A stretch of 64,000 nucleotides of DNA from Eledone cirrhosa (taxonomy: Eukaryota), in contig OZ024740.1 in assembly GCA_964016885.1 (NCBI GenBank), forward strand, positions 207,576,001-207,640,000. Reading direction: 5' to 3'. Of this stretch, positions 1-13,200 are shown one piece after another (the first letter of the stretch is position 1; each line of letters opens with the position of its first letter). The translations under genes were made by a program, and so were the position numbers. The notes under the pieces were generated by a model. The model had not been told where the DNA came from, made no database searches, and worked only from the letters and a program-made list of their open reading frames with translations.

Positions 1-181
1 ATAGTTTCCATTTATTAATATCATATATATATATATATATTTTACAAATAAGCTTTGACGTACCCTTTTAAAATGCAACCATTATTTTTGGAAGCCATCT
101 GGATAGTGAATTGTTTATATTATTTTAATAAGTCTTAGTGTTAAGGACAATTAGAAAAAGTTTCTTTTGTGATCCTTCAAT

Positions 182-1864
182 ATGAAGGATCACAAAAGAA
201 ACTTTGAAAATGATTTACCAGTCAGATTGATTGCACCATCTAAATCTGACCTGGGCAAACTTAGCAAAAATATTCTAAACAGAGTAATACAACAAATTAA
301 AAACTTACCTAATTTATCTTACTTAACATTATGGAAAGGGACTAGTGAGGTTATCGATTGGTTTAAAGAAATTAAATATAACTATAATAATAAGTTTATT
401 CAGCTGGATATTGCTAACTACTATTCATCTATCACTCCTAATCTACTGAATAAGGCACTAAATTACGCATTTAAACATACAGACCTAACTAGCAATGAAA
501 TGCACATTATATTATCGGCAAGGAAAACATTGATAGAATTTAATAACCAACTCTGGACTAGGGCAGATAGAAATAATAATTTTGACATAACTATGGGATC
601 ATCAGACTCAGCTCAGGTAACGGACCTTGTGGGCCTATTTATAATTAATTCGCTACATAGAAAAATACCAGGTGTAACCGGAGGCTTATATCGTGATGAC
701 ATGCTTTTACTTATAGAAAATAATAGCTGTGAACTAAATAGAAAAAGAAAACAAATTATACAATTTTTTAATTACCTTAATCTAAAAGTAGAAATAGAGA
801 ATAACCATAAAATAGTCAATTTTCTTGATGTAACACTAAATCTCAACACATGTCTTCATTATCCATTTCACAAACTAAATGAGAACTTGAATTATGTTAA
901 TTTTAACTCTAATCACCCCAGATCTGTTAAAAATACTATAGTGAACTCTGTTCAAGAACGAATTTCAAGAATTTCATCTAATAAAAATATATTTGATGAA
1001 AAAGCGCAGTATTACAACGAAGCGTTAGGTAGAGCTGGATATAGAAATAAAATTAAATACATCGATAATAATAATAATAAGCAAACTAACCAAAATAATA
1101 ACAATTTTAATTATGGTAACAACTTTAACAACTATAATAGAAAACATTACAATATTTCCGAAAGCCGAAAAAGAAATAGAACTAGGAATATATTATGGTT
1201 CGCTCCTCCTTTCTCACTAAATATTAAAACCCCTATTGCTAAACTATTCTTTAAAGCTCTTGACAAACGCTTCCCTAGAACACATAAATATTACTCAATT
1301 TTTAATAGACATACTATAAAATTAACTTACTCGTCCACCAAAAATTTAGCACAAAATATTAATAGAATTAATAATAGAAACTTAAAACCTAACCAAAATA
1401 CCAATAATAACCCAAGCAATATTCAATTGAATAACTGTAACTGTAGAAATAAATCTAACTGTCCGTTAAATAATAACTGCTTAGCTAAAAATGTAGTGTA
1501 CAATTGTAATGTTAAAACTAATTTAAATTCATTTAACTATGTCGGTTCTACCTCTACAGAATTTAAATTTCGCTTCAATAATCATAAAAATTCTTTCACA
1601 GATCCAAACAAAAAATCTTCAGCTTCGCTATCTAGCCTACTATGGGACCTTAAACGAAATAATGTTAAATATTCGATGACTTGGAATATTATTTCACAAG
1701 CTACTCCTTTTAATTCCTCTTCAGAAAATTGTGATCTTTGTATTGAAGAAATATTCTTTATATTAAAGTCCAAAAATTCCCTCAATTTAAGGAATAATTT
1801 ATTCAGTTGCTGCAGACATAGATTGAACTCAACGTTTAAATATAAATATAAATTTAAAATGTAG
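182..1864 (+). CDS. Penelope-like retroelement polyprotein (reverse transcriptase + Cys-rich linker + GIY-YIG endonuclease), Naiad-like, 5'-truncated
   Basis: 560-aa open frame with PLE RT motifs KDHK..F....P.RLI, LDIANYYSSI, MGSSDSAQVTDLVG, GLYRDD, NFLDVTLNL and SNHP. Linker CNC..CPL..NCL; GIY-YIG VVY..YVGST..FKFRFNNH; C-terminal CDLC..E..LN.R..CCRH. The ORF begins at the RT start directly after an inversion junction (~160), so the N-terminus is missing. Confidence 0.92.
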   Translation: MKDHKRNFENDLPVRLIAPSKSDLGKLSKNILNRVIQQIKNLPNLSYLTLWKGTSEVIDWFKEIKYNYNNKFIQLDIANYYSSITPNLLNKALNYAFKHTDLTSNEMHIILSARKTLIEFNNQLWTRADRNNNFDITMGSSDSAQVTDLVGLFIINSLHRKIPGVTGGLYRDDMLLLIENNSCELNRKRKQIIQFFNYLNLKVEIENNHKIVNFLDVTLNLNTCLHYPFHKLNENLNYVNFNSNHPRSVKNTIVNSVQERISRISSNKNIFDEKAQYYNEALGRAGYRNKIKYIDNNNNKQTNQNNNNFNYGNNFNNYNRKHYNISESRKRNRTRNILWFAPPFSLNIKTPIAKLFFKALDKRFPRTHKYYSIFNRHTIKLTYSSTKNLAQNINRINNRNLKPNQNTNNNPSNIQLNNCNCRNKSNCPLNNNCLAKNVVYNCNVKTNLNSFNYVGSTSTEFKFRFNNHKNSFTDPNKKSSASLSSLLWDLKRNNVKYSMTWNIISQATPFNSSSENCDLCIEEIFFILKSKNSLNLRNNLFSCCRHRLNSTFKYKYKFKM

Positions 1865-2079
1865 TATAATTAATTAAGTAATTTAGTTAATATATGAAAC
1901 CTGTCGATAAATCATTAGATTCCTTCACCTTTTTCTTTTTAAATTTTCTTCCTAAATATAAACATAGATATAATAAACTACTCTAAAATGTTTATACTTC
2001 CAATGTCTTAAATAAAATATACGTAAGATAAATTTCTATACTAAATATAAGGATATCTGTAGAATTCTTGGCTTTTTTA

Positions 2080-2266
2080 AATTTTTTAAATTTTTAAATT
2101 TTTAAATTTTTTAAACTTTTTTAAATTTTTAAATTATATTGATATAATATTTATTTAACATTTATTTTTATTTTTATTTTTATTTTTATTTTTATTTTTA
2201 TTTTTATTTTTATTTTTATTTTTATTTTTATTTTTATTTTTATTTTTAATTTTATTTATATTTTTA

Positions 2267-2297
<31 letters not shown>

Positions 2298-2462
2298 TTT
2301 ATTTTTATTTTTATTTTTATTTTTATTTTTATTTTTATTTTTATTTTTATTTTTATTTTTATTTTTATTTTTATTTTTATTTTTATTTTTATTTTTATTT
2401 TTATTTTTATTTTTATTTTTATTTTTATTTTTATTTTTATTTTTATTTTTATTTATTTTTAT
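2080..2462. repeat. (TTTTTA)n / T-rich simple repeat inside the PLE 3' region
   Basis: Direct reading. Confidence 0.95.
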
Positions 2463-3820
2463 TAGGTTTGTTTTGATTCTGACAGCTTCTCATAATTTTC
2501 ATAAGTCTACCCTTTCAATATCTTGATTAAAATATACGTAGGATAAATTTCTATACTAAATATATGAAACATATTATTTTAACTTAAGATACTCTATAGT
2601 GTTTTTAAAGATATTTAATGTTTTGATATTTCTAGAATTCGTTTGTCCTTTAGACTATACTGATATAATTGTATTTCCAAAATATAATCCTTTGGTATTT
2701 TAAATTTATATTGTTATAATTATATTTCCAAAGTATAATCCTTTAGTAATATATTGATATTTGATTATCTCTATACAGATGTGTATGTGTGTATTAACAT
2801 GCATATAAAAGTGTTATATGTTTTTTTTATGATTGTATATCTGTCTGTATGTGTACATGAGCGATGCGGGTCTAACAATTGGTGAAGACGCACGTAAATA
2901 TTTATTTATACATATGTATGTGTATATATATATATATGTATATGTATGTGTGTGGGTGAGAGTTATGTGTGTGCATACTTACCCACGCAGTTTTGATTGC
3001 AGATATGCATAATTTTAACAGAATGTTAAATGCATGAATCGTAATCGTATATATGAAGTCATGAATGTTAATTGTATATATTTATGTATATATACTGTGA
3101 ACTTTTTATAACACAAGGAATGTATAGCAGTGATTAAGAGAAATCATTTGCGTTTTGTATGTCTATATTGTAGACCTGAGTAGATATAATTTCTATTTTC
3201 AGGACGTGTGTATATATATATATATATATTTGTCTATCTTTTCCGTAAGATAGTGGTTTCTCAAATTTTGGCATATTGATCTCAAGTTTTAAACTAAACA
3301 TATAATCATTATTAAACAATGTTTAATTTCTCATATTATATATTTATGTCCCATTCATGAATATTAATATTTATATTTTTATTATTCATTTCATATAAAT
3401 TGTTAACTCAACTTAATATGACATGACGTAAAGTTTTCATTATCTTCCCCTCTCTCTATATATTATTTTTCTCTCTTGAGTCTTTCGATTTGTCTGATGA
3501 CTTGATATCTCTCTGTTGCTTTCCTCTGTTTTTCTTATTTCTTCCTTTTTTCTTTTTTTCTTTCTTTCCTCCTGTCTTTATTTATCTCTCTCTTTTTTCT
3601 CCATGCATTTCTCTCTCTCCGATATTTCTCCACGTTATTTTCTTTTTCTTTTTTTTCTCTCTCTCCGTCTTTTTCTTTCTCTCCGTCTTTTTCTAATTGT
3701 CCTTAACACTAAGACTTATTAAAATAATATAAACAATTCACTATCCAGATGGCTTCCAAAAATAATGGTTACATTTTAAAAGGGTACGTCAAAGCTTATT
3801 TGTAAAACTGTTATATATTG

Positions 3821-3885
3821 TATTTTGTCTGATGAAGGCATACCATAATTTAATTTAGTATCCCTGAAATATGTATAATGAAATA
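3821..3885 (+). ncRNA. Type I hammerhead ribozyme in the PLE terminal repeat
   Basis: Stem I TATTTTGT/ATGAAATA; core CTGATGA 3829-3835; stem II AGG-c-ATAC/GTAT-c-CCT; GAAA 3866-3869; stem III AT(ATGT)AT; AUA triplet. Confidence 0.75.
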
Positions 3886-4013
3886 AATATGGTTTTATAA
3901 ATATAGTTTACATTTATTAATATCGTATATCTACTCCAAATACTTGTCGAGTGCTTTATATCAGTTATACAAATATTTACTTGTTGTATCCCAACAATTT
4001 TAAATAGAACTTT

Positions 4014-4068
<55 letters not shown>

Positions 4069-4078
4069 GTATATGTAT

Positions 4079-4164
<86 letters not shown>

Positions 4165-4168
<4 letters not shown>

Positions 4169-4238
4169 GTGGTTACACAACCGTTAGTTCACTATACCGA
4201 GAACAATTGTATCACCTTCGCGGGTCTTCAGCTCGGGA

Positions 4239-4240
<2 letters not shown>
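4165..4240 (-). ncRNA. Short PLE-type 3'-end insertion with a mutated hammerhead (GAAA>GATA), same family as 21148-21300
   Basis: Minus strand 4236-4197 reads CCGAG CTGAAGA cccgcgaaggt GATAC AATT GTT CTCGG; between (TA)n tracts. Confidence 0.65.
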
Positions 4241-4297
<57 letters not shown>

Positions 4298-4654
4298 TTA
4301 TGTACATATACACATATACACATATGTACATATACATAAATTGTTCTGGAAAATATTAAAGCTCTCATATCTAAGTAAACATGCAAAAAATTGTATCTTT
4401 TGATGGCGGAAATGAAGAGAAAGAGATATACTGAAATATTAAATCTCTTTCAGGTGCCATCAACATTTGAATATGACTGTAAAAATAGGTGAGATCTCCC
4501 ACTAAAAAAACACTGAAAAACAACACATTTTAATGGTTGGAAGCTTAAAAACATCAAAGTATCTTCACATAGATTAACTGAAAACAAACAATAAAAGAAA
4601 CAGATGCGGCGAATAATCGTTTATTTCAAATTATATTTACACGTTAATTTTCGG

Positions 4655-4818
4655 AATTGCATGGCAGTGTGGTTAAAGAGATCACCAAGTAACCACACAG
4701 TTTCGGGATCAGTTTCACTGAGTGTCACCTTCAGCTAGTATTTCTACTATAGCATTGAGCTGATCAATGTTTTGTGAGTAGAATCTGTTGGATGGAAAAT
4801 ATAGAAGCCTTCGTATAT
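4655..4818 (+). mobile_element. Degenerate tRNA-derived SINE
   Basis: A-box-like TGGCAGTGTGGTTAA and a body resembling an abundant octopod SINE (from recall), ending in a (TATC)n tail. Confidence 0.5.
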
Positions 4819-4851
4819 TTATCTATCTATCTATCTACCTATCTATCTATA

Positions 4852-4912
4852 GTCGACTAGTTACCCCAGAAATGGTAACTGGTTGTAGTCGTTCATCGAC
4901 TTTTACTAATGG

Positions 4913-4948
<36 letters not shown>

Positions 4949-5008
4949 CCATTAGTAAAAGTCGAAGAACGACCACGACCAGTTACCATTTCTGGGGTAA
5001 CTAGTCGA
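4852..5008. repeat. ~62-bp inverted repeat pair enclosing (TA)n
   Basis: TCGACTAGTTACCCCAGAAATGGTAAC...CTAATGGTTA versus TAACCATTAG...GTTACCATTTCTGGGGTAACTAGTCGA. Confidence 0.85.
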
Positions 5009-5020
5009 ATATAGATAGAT

Positions 5021-5176
<156 letters not shown>

Positions 5177-5384
5177 ACACACACATATATATATATTTAT
5201 ATATATGTATATATATAGGTGTGTTAAGTATTTTCGTAGAAAAGGTAAAGGAAGGAATTATTTTACCTATTGAACGGGCTGGACGTTTCTGTAAGAATCG
5301 TCTAGTTTCTTGAAACCTTTGGTAATGGAATAATTATATTGTGTTGTTTATTATGTAATTATATATATAGACGTATGTGTATAT

Positions 5385-5730
5385 GTAAAAGGTAAACAGA
5401 AATAACAACACAATCGGTACAGTATATGGAAGGTATATATTAGGTTAACGCTTGATATAGCAGGAAGAGGATCGTAACGTTTCGGGCGCTAGTCCTTCAT
5501 CAGAAGAAAGAATGAGAAATTAGATACATTGAAGGGACGGGTGGGGTGGAATTGGAAAAATGTTTTTAGAGACAAATAACAGGTCCATTCATGGTGACAT
5601 CTTTTGGAAAACTGTTGATGCTGGCGTTTTCTGCATGATTTATTTCTTAGAAAAGTGGATGATGGAGCGCGTCTACCTGAAATGAAAATAAAAACCGTTT
5701 TGTATAAAGAGCTATACTTGTGCGCGCGTG
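5385..5730 (-). mobile_element. Non-coding HHR-bearing PLE-type element (homologue at 35925-36270; 3' fragments at 40678-40752 and ~59070-59137)
   Basis: ~340-bp dispersed homology. Minus strand 5510-5472 reads CTT CTGATGA A GGactagcgCCC GAAAC GTT. Confidence 0.75.
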
Positions 5731-5751
5731 TGTATATATATGTGTGTCTAT

Positions 5752-5801
<50 letters not shown>

Positions 5802-6354
5802 ATATATATATATATATATATTCACGCACACATACATAGAAACATACATGTTAGGATGGCCTCTGATTTAGAGGAGGGATATGAAATAAAGGCTGATACA
5901 TATCTATCCCCGAGGAACTTATGAAGATTCTCCTTAATATCCTGAGACGAAAAACACAGACCATAGAGGGAATAAACCATACAAAAAGCCTAATGTAGAT
6001 TCCGACAAGTTGATAACATCCCACCTTGAATGACATCTCCATGTAATTCAGGAACTAGAAATCACCACCAAGTACTTACAGCAAAAAAGACGAAAGTCAT
6101 CAGTTGACGATAAACCTAGGCTTTGTAAAACAAAGATGGAGAATGTTAACTACATTATTGCCAACAGTGAAAGAATGTTTTCTTGTTACTACCTCTTCTC
6201 GTAGCATGTTGTGATAGCTAGAATGATCTGGAATATATTACGGAAGAGGAAAATAAAATGAAATAGGGAGGGAATATGTTGCGACTGATGGCTCAAAGGA
6301 ATATTGGTGGAACATAAAAATAAAAATTGTCAGCAAATTAAAGCACAACTACTC

Positions 6355-6700
6355 GTAACAGTGAAGACTTCTGGAGCCCTTGGCTCTTGGGCCGCCCCCC
6401 TTACTCACCACCATTGGCACAGAGCTGGTTACCCACAAGTGTGAGCCTCTCGAGCTGGAAAGGCTCTTCCACCGGGTCTCCCTCACCATCCTCCGGGGAA
6501 ACGCCTTCTCTATTCTGTCCGCCGGCACCGCGAGGCACCCAACGCGCGGGCCCTTATTTGATCATAACAGTGAAAGATGGAGAGAGCGGGAGAGACGGTG
6601 GCAGTGACAGTGGGAGTTTGGTTTCTTTGTGTTCGGACTTGTATATGTTTATGTTTTTATACTCTCATGTGATTGTATACTGGATTGATATTGTTGTTTA
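6355..6700 (+). mobile_element. CRE-clade LINE 3' end (restriction-like endonuclease C-terminus)
   Basis: Frameshifted translation VKTSGALGSWAAPLLTTIGTELVTHKCEPLELERLFHRVSLTILRGNAFSIL matches the CRE C-terminal signature (ET.G..G...QR.S.AI.RGNA..I). Confidence 0.7.
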
Positions 6701-6863
6701 GGACCACACACTAAAATACATGTTCTGTTGTGGAGGTCAGCTGCCAACATGATGTCAATTTGGTAAGAAACATACACAAAAAGGAGGATATCTACAGATG
6801 AGGACTTTGCAGATCCAATATCCAAGATACATGTTCAGCTTCATACCAATTATTATTATTGGA

Positions 6864-7056
6864 GCGGTGGATTGGCAGTATCGGTAGAGGGTCGGACGCC
6901 ATGCTTTGACGCATAGAGTTACGGCCCTTGCCATTCTGAGTTTAAATCCTGCCGAGGTTAACTTTGCCTTTCACCCTTACGGGGTCGATAAAATAAAGTA
7001 CCAGTAATGCATTGGGTAATTGCTGGCCTTGTGCCAAAAGTAGAAACAATTATTAT
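6864..7056 (+). mobile_element. tRNA-derived SINE family A
   Basis: A box TGGCAGTATCGGTAG, B box GAGTTTAAATCC, body ...GGGGTCGATAAAATAAAGTACCAG...GCTGGCCTTGTGCCAAAAGTAGAAAC; many copies in the window. Confidence 0.85.
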
Positions 7057-7571
7057 TGGAGCTACATGTTATATACCAACCTGCCTGGACTAAAGTATAA
7101 CTGAATTTAGATTTGTGGAGAAAGAACGTAGTTCCTTAATTCATAAGCCACAAATAGTTGTGATATCTTGAAACTTCAAATTTGTGAAACATTCTTATGA
7201 TTCAAAGGATGAACGCTTACACAAGAAACGACAACAATTTCCTTTCTTTACAACCTTGCCACCGGGAAAATGGCCAATCAAAAATAAAATTAAATTAAGA
7301 GAGAGACCATATACGTATATACGTGTGCTATATATATAGCAGTATAGGAGTGTGTGTAATGAAGAACACTATTTTTGGTACCATTGAATCTGTTTCTTTC
7401 ATATCAAAGACTGTCAGATTGGCAAACATATCAACATTTTACGTCTTGCATCACTGACCACTCCCTCTATATTTCACGTTTTAGTTGCCCATGCGTTGTC
7501 TTTGTTTGAAGCAACAACAACAAAAACAATTACAATTGACATTGGCAACGCAGCAAAGCAACCCGACAATA

Positions 7572-7761
7572 AATAATAACTGTTTCTATTTTAGGCACAA
7601 GACCAGCAAATACACAGTGCATTACTGGTACTTTATTTTATCGACCCCGTAAGGATGAAAGGCAGAGTCAACCTCGGCGGGATTTGAACTCAGATCGTAA
7701 AGGGACGTAACTATACTGGAAAGCATGGCGTCCGACCCTTTACCGATACTGCCAATCCACC
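7572..7761 (-). mobile_element. tRNA-derived SINE family A
   Basis: Reverse-complement copy of 6864-7056. Confidence 0.85.
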
Positions 7762-8584
7762 AACGTCTGTCTATCTATCTACTTACATATCTGTCTGTTG
7801 TTATTGTTGTTTCAGTTGTTATTCTAACGCGAAGAAGACTTGGATATTCCAGTGTCTTTACATAGAATGTTGTAATCAAGGATTGATTTGTGTTTACGAT
7901 GCGCCATTTTCGGCGGGTATTATGCTAATATACACGCATACACACACTCATATATATGTACTTATATTTTTCTGCGCACGATTGTTTTTTTCGCTATGAA
8001 TAGTCATTATAGAATAGGTGCAGTAATATCACAATAAGGCACCAGAAGATCTCCAGAAGTTTGCCGGTCATTAAAACAATGATTTTATCACAAATGGATT
8101 TCTCCAGTTTATAACACTGGTCTATTTTCTATAGATAAATCTACTCACTTAAGTCTGTTAATCACAGAGTTTGCCCTGCCATAGTTTAAGAGGGCTTAAG
8201 TTGTATGTTTTAAAAACAATGGCATGAAATAGAGAAGTTTGTTATTTCAAGGATCTTCTCAAATTACATAACACTTTTATCGGATATAATCACGCTTAAA
8301 CCATTATACAAGATAATAACTAGGAATATTATTGAAGGAGGTTAATGACCATATTGGATGTGGTCATTGGCCAATGATTCTACTGGTCTTCAGTTAAAAA
8401 CCAATTACTCAACTACTTGTCCCAGCCGACAGGCTGGGCCATGCTGGGGCACCGTCACCGCTACTACACTTTCTATAGCCAGCCTTCCGTTTGGCCACTG
8501 ATGCAAAAGGGAGTGTGTTGCTGCTGCACTTATTTGTGCTTCGCTTCATGCTGTAGGTTCATCCGGGTTCATCCGTGATCTTTA

Positions 8585-10265
8585 TGATGATGGCAGTGTT
8601 GGATGGTGTTGTGATGGTGGTAGTGGTGAGGGTGGTGGTGGTGGTGGTGTTGGATGACAGTGTTGTGATGGTGTTGTGATGGTGATAGAGGTGAGGGTGG
8701 TGGTGGTGGTGTTGGTGTTGGTGTTGGATGGCAGTGTTGGATGGTGTTGTGATGGTGGTGGTGGTGGTGGTGGTGTTGGATGGCAGTGTTGGATGGTGTT
8801 GTGATGGTGATAGTGGTGATGGTGGTGGTGGTGGTGGTGATGGTGGTGGTGGTGGTGGTGGTGGTGGTGGTGTTGGATGGCAGTGTTGTGATGGTGTTGT
8901 GATGTGATAGTGTTGTGATGGTGATAGTGGTGGTGGTGATGGTGATGGTGGTGATGGTGGTGGTGGTGGTGGTGGTGATGGTGGTGATGGTGGTGGCAGT
9001 GTTGGATGGTGTTGTGATGGTGATAGTGGCGATGGTGGTGGTGGTGTTGGATGGCAGTGTTGTGATGGTGCTGTGATGTGATAGTGTTGTGATGGTGATA
9101 GTGGTGGTGGTGATGGTGATGGCAGTGTTGTGATGGTGTTGTGATGGTGATAGTAGTGATGGTGGTGGTGGTGGTGGTGATGGTGGTGGCAGTGTTGGAT
9201 GGTGTTGTGATGGTGATAGTGGCGATGGTGGTGGTGGTGTTGGATGGCAGTGTTGTGATGGTGTTGTGATGTGATAGTGTTGTGATGGTGATAGTGGTGG
9301 TGGTGATGGTGATGGCAGTGTTGTGATGGTGTTGTAATGGTGATAGTGGTGATGGTGGTGGTGGTGGTGATGGTGGTGGCAGTGTTGGATGGTGTTGTGA
9401 TGGTCATAGTGGCGATGGTGGTGGTGGTGTTGGATGGCAGTGTTGTGATGGTGTTGTGATGTGATAGTGTTGTGATGGTGATAGTGGTGGTGGTGATGGT
9501 GATGGCAGTGTTGTGATGGTGTTGTAATGGTGATAGTGGTGATGGTGGTGGTGGTGGTGATGGTGGTGGCAGTGTTGGATGGTGTTGTGATGGTCATAGT
9601 GGCGATGGTGGTGGTGGTGTTGGATGGCAGTGTTGTGATGGTGTTGTGATGTGATAGTGTTGTGATGGTGATAGTGGTGGTGGTGATGGTGATGGCAGTG
9701 TTGTGATGGTGTTGTGATGGTGATAGTGGTGATGGTGGTGGTGGTGGTGATGGTGATGGCAGTGTTGTGCTGGTGTTGTGATGGTGATAGTGGTGGTGGT
9801 GGGGGTGGTGGTGGTAGTGATGGTGATGGCAGTGTTGTGCTGGTGTTGTGATGGTGATAGTGGTGGTGGTGGGGGTGGTGGTGGTGATGATGGTGATGGC
9901 AGTGTTGTGCTGGTGTTATGATGGTGATAGTGGTGGTGGTGGTGGTAGTGGTGGTGGTGATGGTGATGGCAGTGTTGTGATGGTGTTGTGATGGTGTTGT
10001 GATGGTGGTGGTAATGGTAATGGTGGTGATGGTGGTGGTGGTGGTGGTGGTTGTGATGGTGGTGGTGAAGATGATGATGATAGCAGTGTTGAGATGTTGT
10101 TGTGCTGGTGATAGTAGTGATCACAATGGTGGTGATGGTGGTGGTAATGGTGGTGGTGGTGGTGGTGGTGGTGGTGGTAATGGTGATGGTGGTGGTGGTG
10201 GTGGTGATGATGGCAGTGTTGGAGGTTGTTGTGATGGTGATAGCGGTAATGCTTGTGGTGCTGGT
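8585..10265. repeat. Complex GGT/GAT-derived tandem repeat with higher-order units
   Basis: Recurrent GGCAGTGTTGTGATGGTGTTGTGATG blocks among (GGT)n. Confidence 0.9.
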
Positions 10266-13200
10266 GAGGATGTTGGTAGTGGTGGTAGTGGTGGTGTTAG
10301 GAGTGGTGGTAGTGGTGGTGTCGAGAGTGGTGGTAGTGGTGGTGTTAGGAGTGGTGGTAGTGGTGGTGTCGAGAGTGGTGGTAGTGGTGGTGTTAGGAGT
10401 GGTGGTAGTGGTGGTGTCGAGAGTGGTGGTAGTGGTGGTGTTAAGAGTGGTGGTAGTGGTGGTAGTGGTGGTAGTGTTGGTAGTGGTGGTAGTGGTGGTG
10501 TCAAGAGTGGTGGTAGTGGTGGTGGTAATACTGGTGGTAGTGGTGGTAGTGGTGGTAGTGGTGTTGTCAAGAGTGGTGGTGGTGGTGGTAGTGGTGATAG
10601 TGGTGGTGTTAAGAGTGGTGATAGTGGTGGTGTCAAGAGTGGTGGTAGTGGTGGTGTCAAGAGTGGTGGTAGTGGTGGTGTTAAGAGTGGTGGTAGTGGT
10701 GGTGTTAAGAGTGGTGGTAGTGGTGGTGTTAAGAGTGGTGATAGTGGTGGTGTCAAGAGTGGTGATAGTGGTGGTGTCAAGAGTGGTGGTAGTGGTGGTG
10801 TCAAGAGTGGTGGTAGTGGTGGTGTTAAGAGTGGTGGTAGTGGTGGTGTTAAGAGTGGTGGTAGTGGTGGTGTTAAGAGTGGTGATAGTGGTGGTGTCAA
10901 GAGTGGTGATAGTGGTGGTGTCAAGAGTGGTGGTAGTGGTGGTGTTAAGAGTGGTGGTAGTGGTGGTGTTAAGAGTGGTGGTAGTGGTGGTGTTAAGAGT
11001 GGTGATAGTGGTGGTGTTAAGAGTGGTGATAGTGGTGGTGTCAAGAGTGGTGATAGTGGTGGTGTCAAGAGTGGTGGTAGTGGTGGTGTTAAGAGTGGTG
11101 GTAGTGGTGGTGTTAAGAGTGGTGGTAGTGGTGGTGTTAAGAGTGGTGATAGTGGTGGTGTCAAGAGTGGTGATAGTGGTGGTGTCAAGAGTGGTGGTAG
11201 TGGTGGTGTCAAGAGTGGTGGTAGTGGTGGTGTTAAGAGTGGTGGTAGTGGTGGTGTTAAGAGTGGTGATAGTGGTGGTGTCAAGAGTGGTGATAGTGGT
11301 GGTGTTAAGAGTGGTGGTAGTGGTGGTGTTAAGAGTGGTGGTAGTGGTGGTGTTAAGAGTGGTGGTAGTGGTGGTGTTAAGAGTGGTGATAGTGGTGGTG
11401 TCAAGAGTGGTGATAGTGGTGGTGTCAAGAGTGGTGGTAGTGGTGGTGTTAAGAGTGGTGGTAGTGGTGGTGTTAAGAGTGGTGGTAGTGGTGGTGTTAA
11501 GAGTGGTGGTAGTGGTGGTGTTAAGAGTGGTGATAGTGGTGGTGTCAAGAGTGGTGATAGTGGTGGTGTCAAGAGTGGTGGTAGTGGTGGTGTTAAGAGT
11601 GGTGGTAGTGGTGGTGTTAAGAGTGGTGGTAGTGGTGGTGTTAAGAGTGGTGGTAGTGGTGGTGTTAAGAGTGGTGGTAGTGGTGGTGTTAAGAGTGGTG
11701 GTAGTGGTGGTGTTAAGAGTGGTGGTAGTGGTGGTGTTAAGAGTGGTGATAGTGGTGGTGTCAAGAGTGGTGATAGTGGTGGTGTCAAGAGTGGTGGTAG
11801 TGGTGGTGTTAAGAGTGGTGGTAGTGGTGGTGTTAAGAGTGGTGGTAGTGGTGGTGTTAAGAGTGGTGGTAGTGGTGGTGTTAAGAGTGGTGATAGTGGT
11901 GGTGTCAAGAGTGGTGATAGTGGTGGTGTCAAGAGTGGTGGTAGTGGTGGTGTTAAGAGTGGTGGTAGTGGTGGTGTTAAGAGTGGTGGTAGTGGTGGTG
12001 TTAAGAGTGGTGATAGTGGTGGTGTCAAGAGTGGTGATAGTGGTGGTGTCAAGAGTGGTGGTAGTGGTGGTGTTAAGAGTGGTGGTAGTGGTGGTGTTAA
12101 GAGTGGTGGTAGTGGTGGTGTTAAGAGTGGTGATAGTGGTGGTGTTAAGAGTGGTGATAGTGGTGGTGTCAAGAGTGGTGATAGTGGTGGTGTCAAGAGT
12201 GGTGGTAGTGGTGGTGTCAAGAGTGGTGGTAGTGGTGGTGTTAAGAGTGGTGGTAGTGGTGGTGTTAAGAGTGGTGGTAGTGGTGGTGTTAAGAGTGGTG
12301 ATAGTGGTGGTGTCAAGAGTGGTGATAGTGGTGGTGTTAAGAGTGGTGGTAGTGGTGGTGTTAAGAGTGGTGATAGTGGTGGTGTCAAGAGTGGTGGTAG
12401 TGGTGGTGTCAAGAGTGGTGGTAGTGGTGGTGTTAAGAGTGGTGATAGTGGTGTTGTAAAGAGTGGTAGTAGTTGTGGTGGTAGTGGTGGTGTTAAGAGT
12501 GGTGGTAGTGGTGGTACTGGTGGTAGTGGTGGTAGTGGTGGTGTCAAGAGTGGTGGTAGTGGTGTTGTTAAGAGTGGTGGTAGTTGTGGTGGTAGTGGTG
12601 GTGTTAAGAGTGGTGGTAGTGGTGGTGTTAAGAGTGGTGGTAGTGGTGGTGTTAAGAGTGGTGGTGGTAGTGGTGTCGAGAGTGGTGATAGTGGTGGTTG
12701 TGGTGGTATCAAGAGTGGTGGTAGTGGTGGTGTTAAGTGTGGTGGTAGTGGTGGTGTTAAGAGTGGTGGTAGTGGTGGTAGTGGTGGTGTTAAGAGTGGT
12801 GGTAGTGGTGTTGTTAAGAGTGGTGGTAGTGGTGTTGTAAAGAGTGGTAGTAGTTGTGGTGGTAGTGGTGGTGTTAAGAGTGGTGGTAGTGGTGTTGTTA
12901 AGAGTGGTGGTAGTGGTGGTGTTAAGAGTGGTGGTAGTGGTGGTTGTGGTGGTATCAAGAGTGGTGGTAGTGGTGGTGTTAAGTGTGGTGGTAGTGGTGG
13001 TGTTAAGAGTGGTGGTAGTGGTGGTAGTGGTGGTGTTAAGAGTGGTGGTAGTGGTGTTGTTAAGAGTGGTGGTAGTGGTGGTAGTGGTGGTGTTAAGAGT
13101 GGTGGTAGTGGTGGTGTTAAGAGTGGTGGTAGTGGTGGTAGTGGTGGTATCAAGAGTGGTGGTAGTGGTGGTGTTAAGAGTGGTAGTAGTGATGGTGGTA

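Larger units (their letters stand above)
41..4015 (+). mobile_element. Penelope-like element: inverted partial terminal repeat + ORF + long 3' region ending in an HHR-bearing pseudo-LTR, flanked by (TA)n
   Basis: 41-160 is the reverse complement of 3687-3806. The 3' end (~3745-4015) is homologous to 54186-54632. (TA)n on both sides. Confidence 0.85.

Noticed and set aside
1865-1935. Possible SECIS after the Naiad-like ORF (ATGA-N11-AAA near 1894)
   Set aside because: No complementary 3' helix or GA quartet partner, and the ORF has no in-frame UGA.
3490-3520. CTGATGA at ~3494
   Set aside because: No stem II or GAAA partner downstream; CT-rich sequence.
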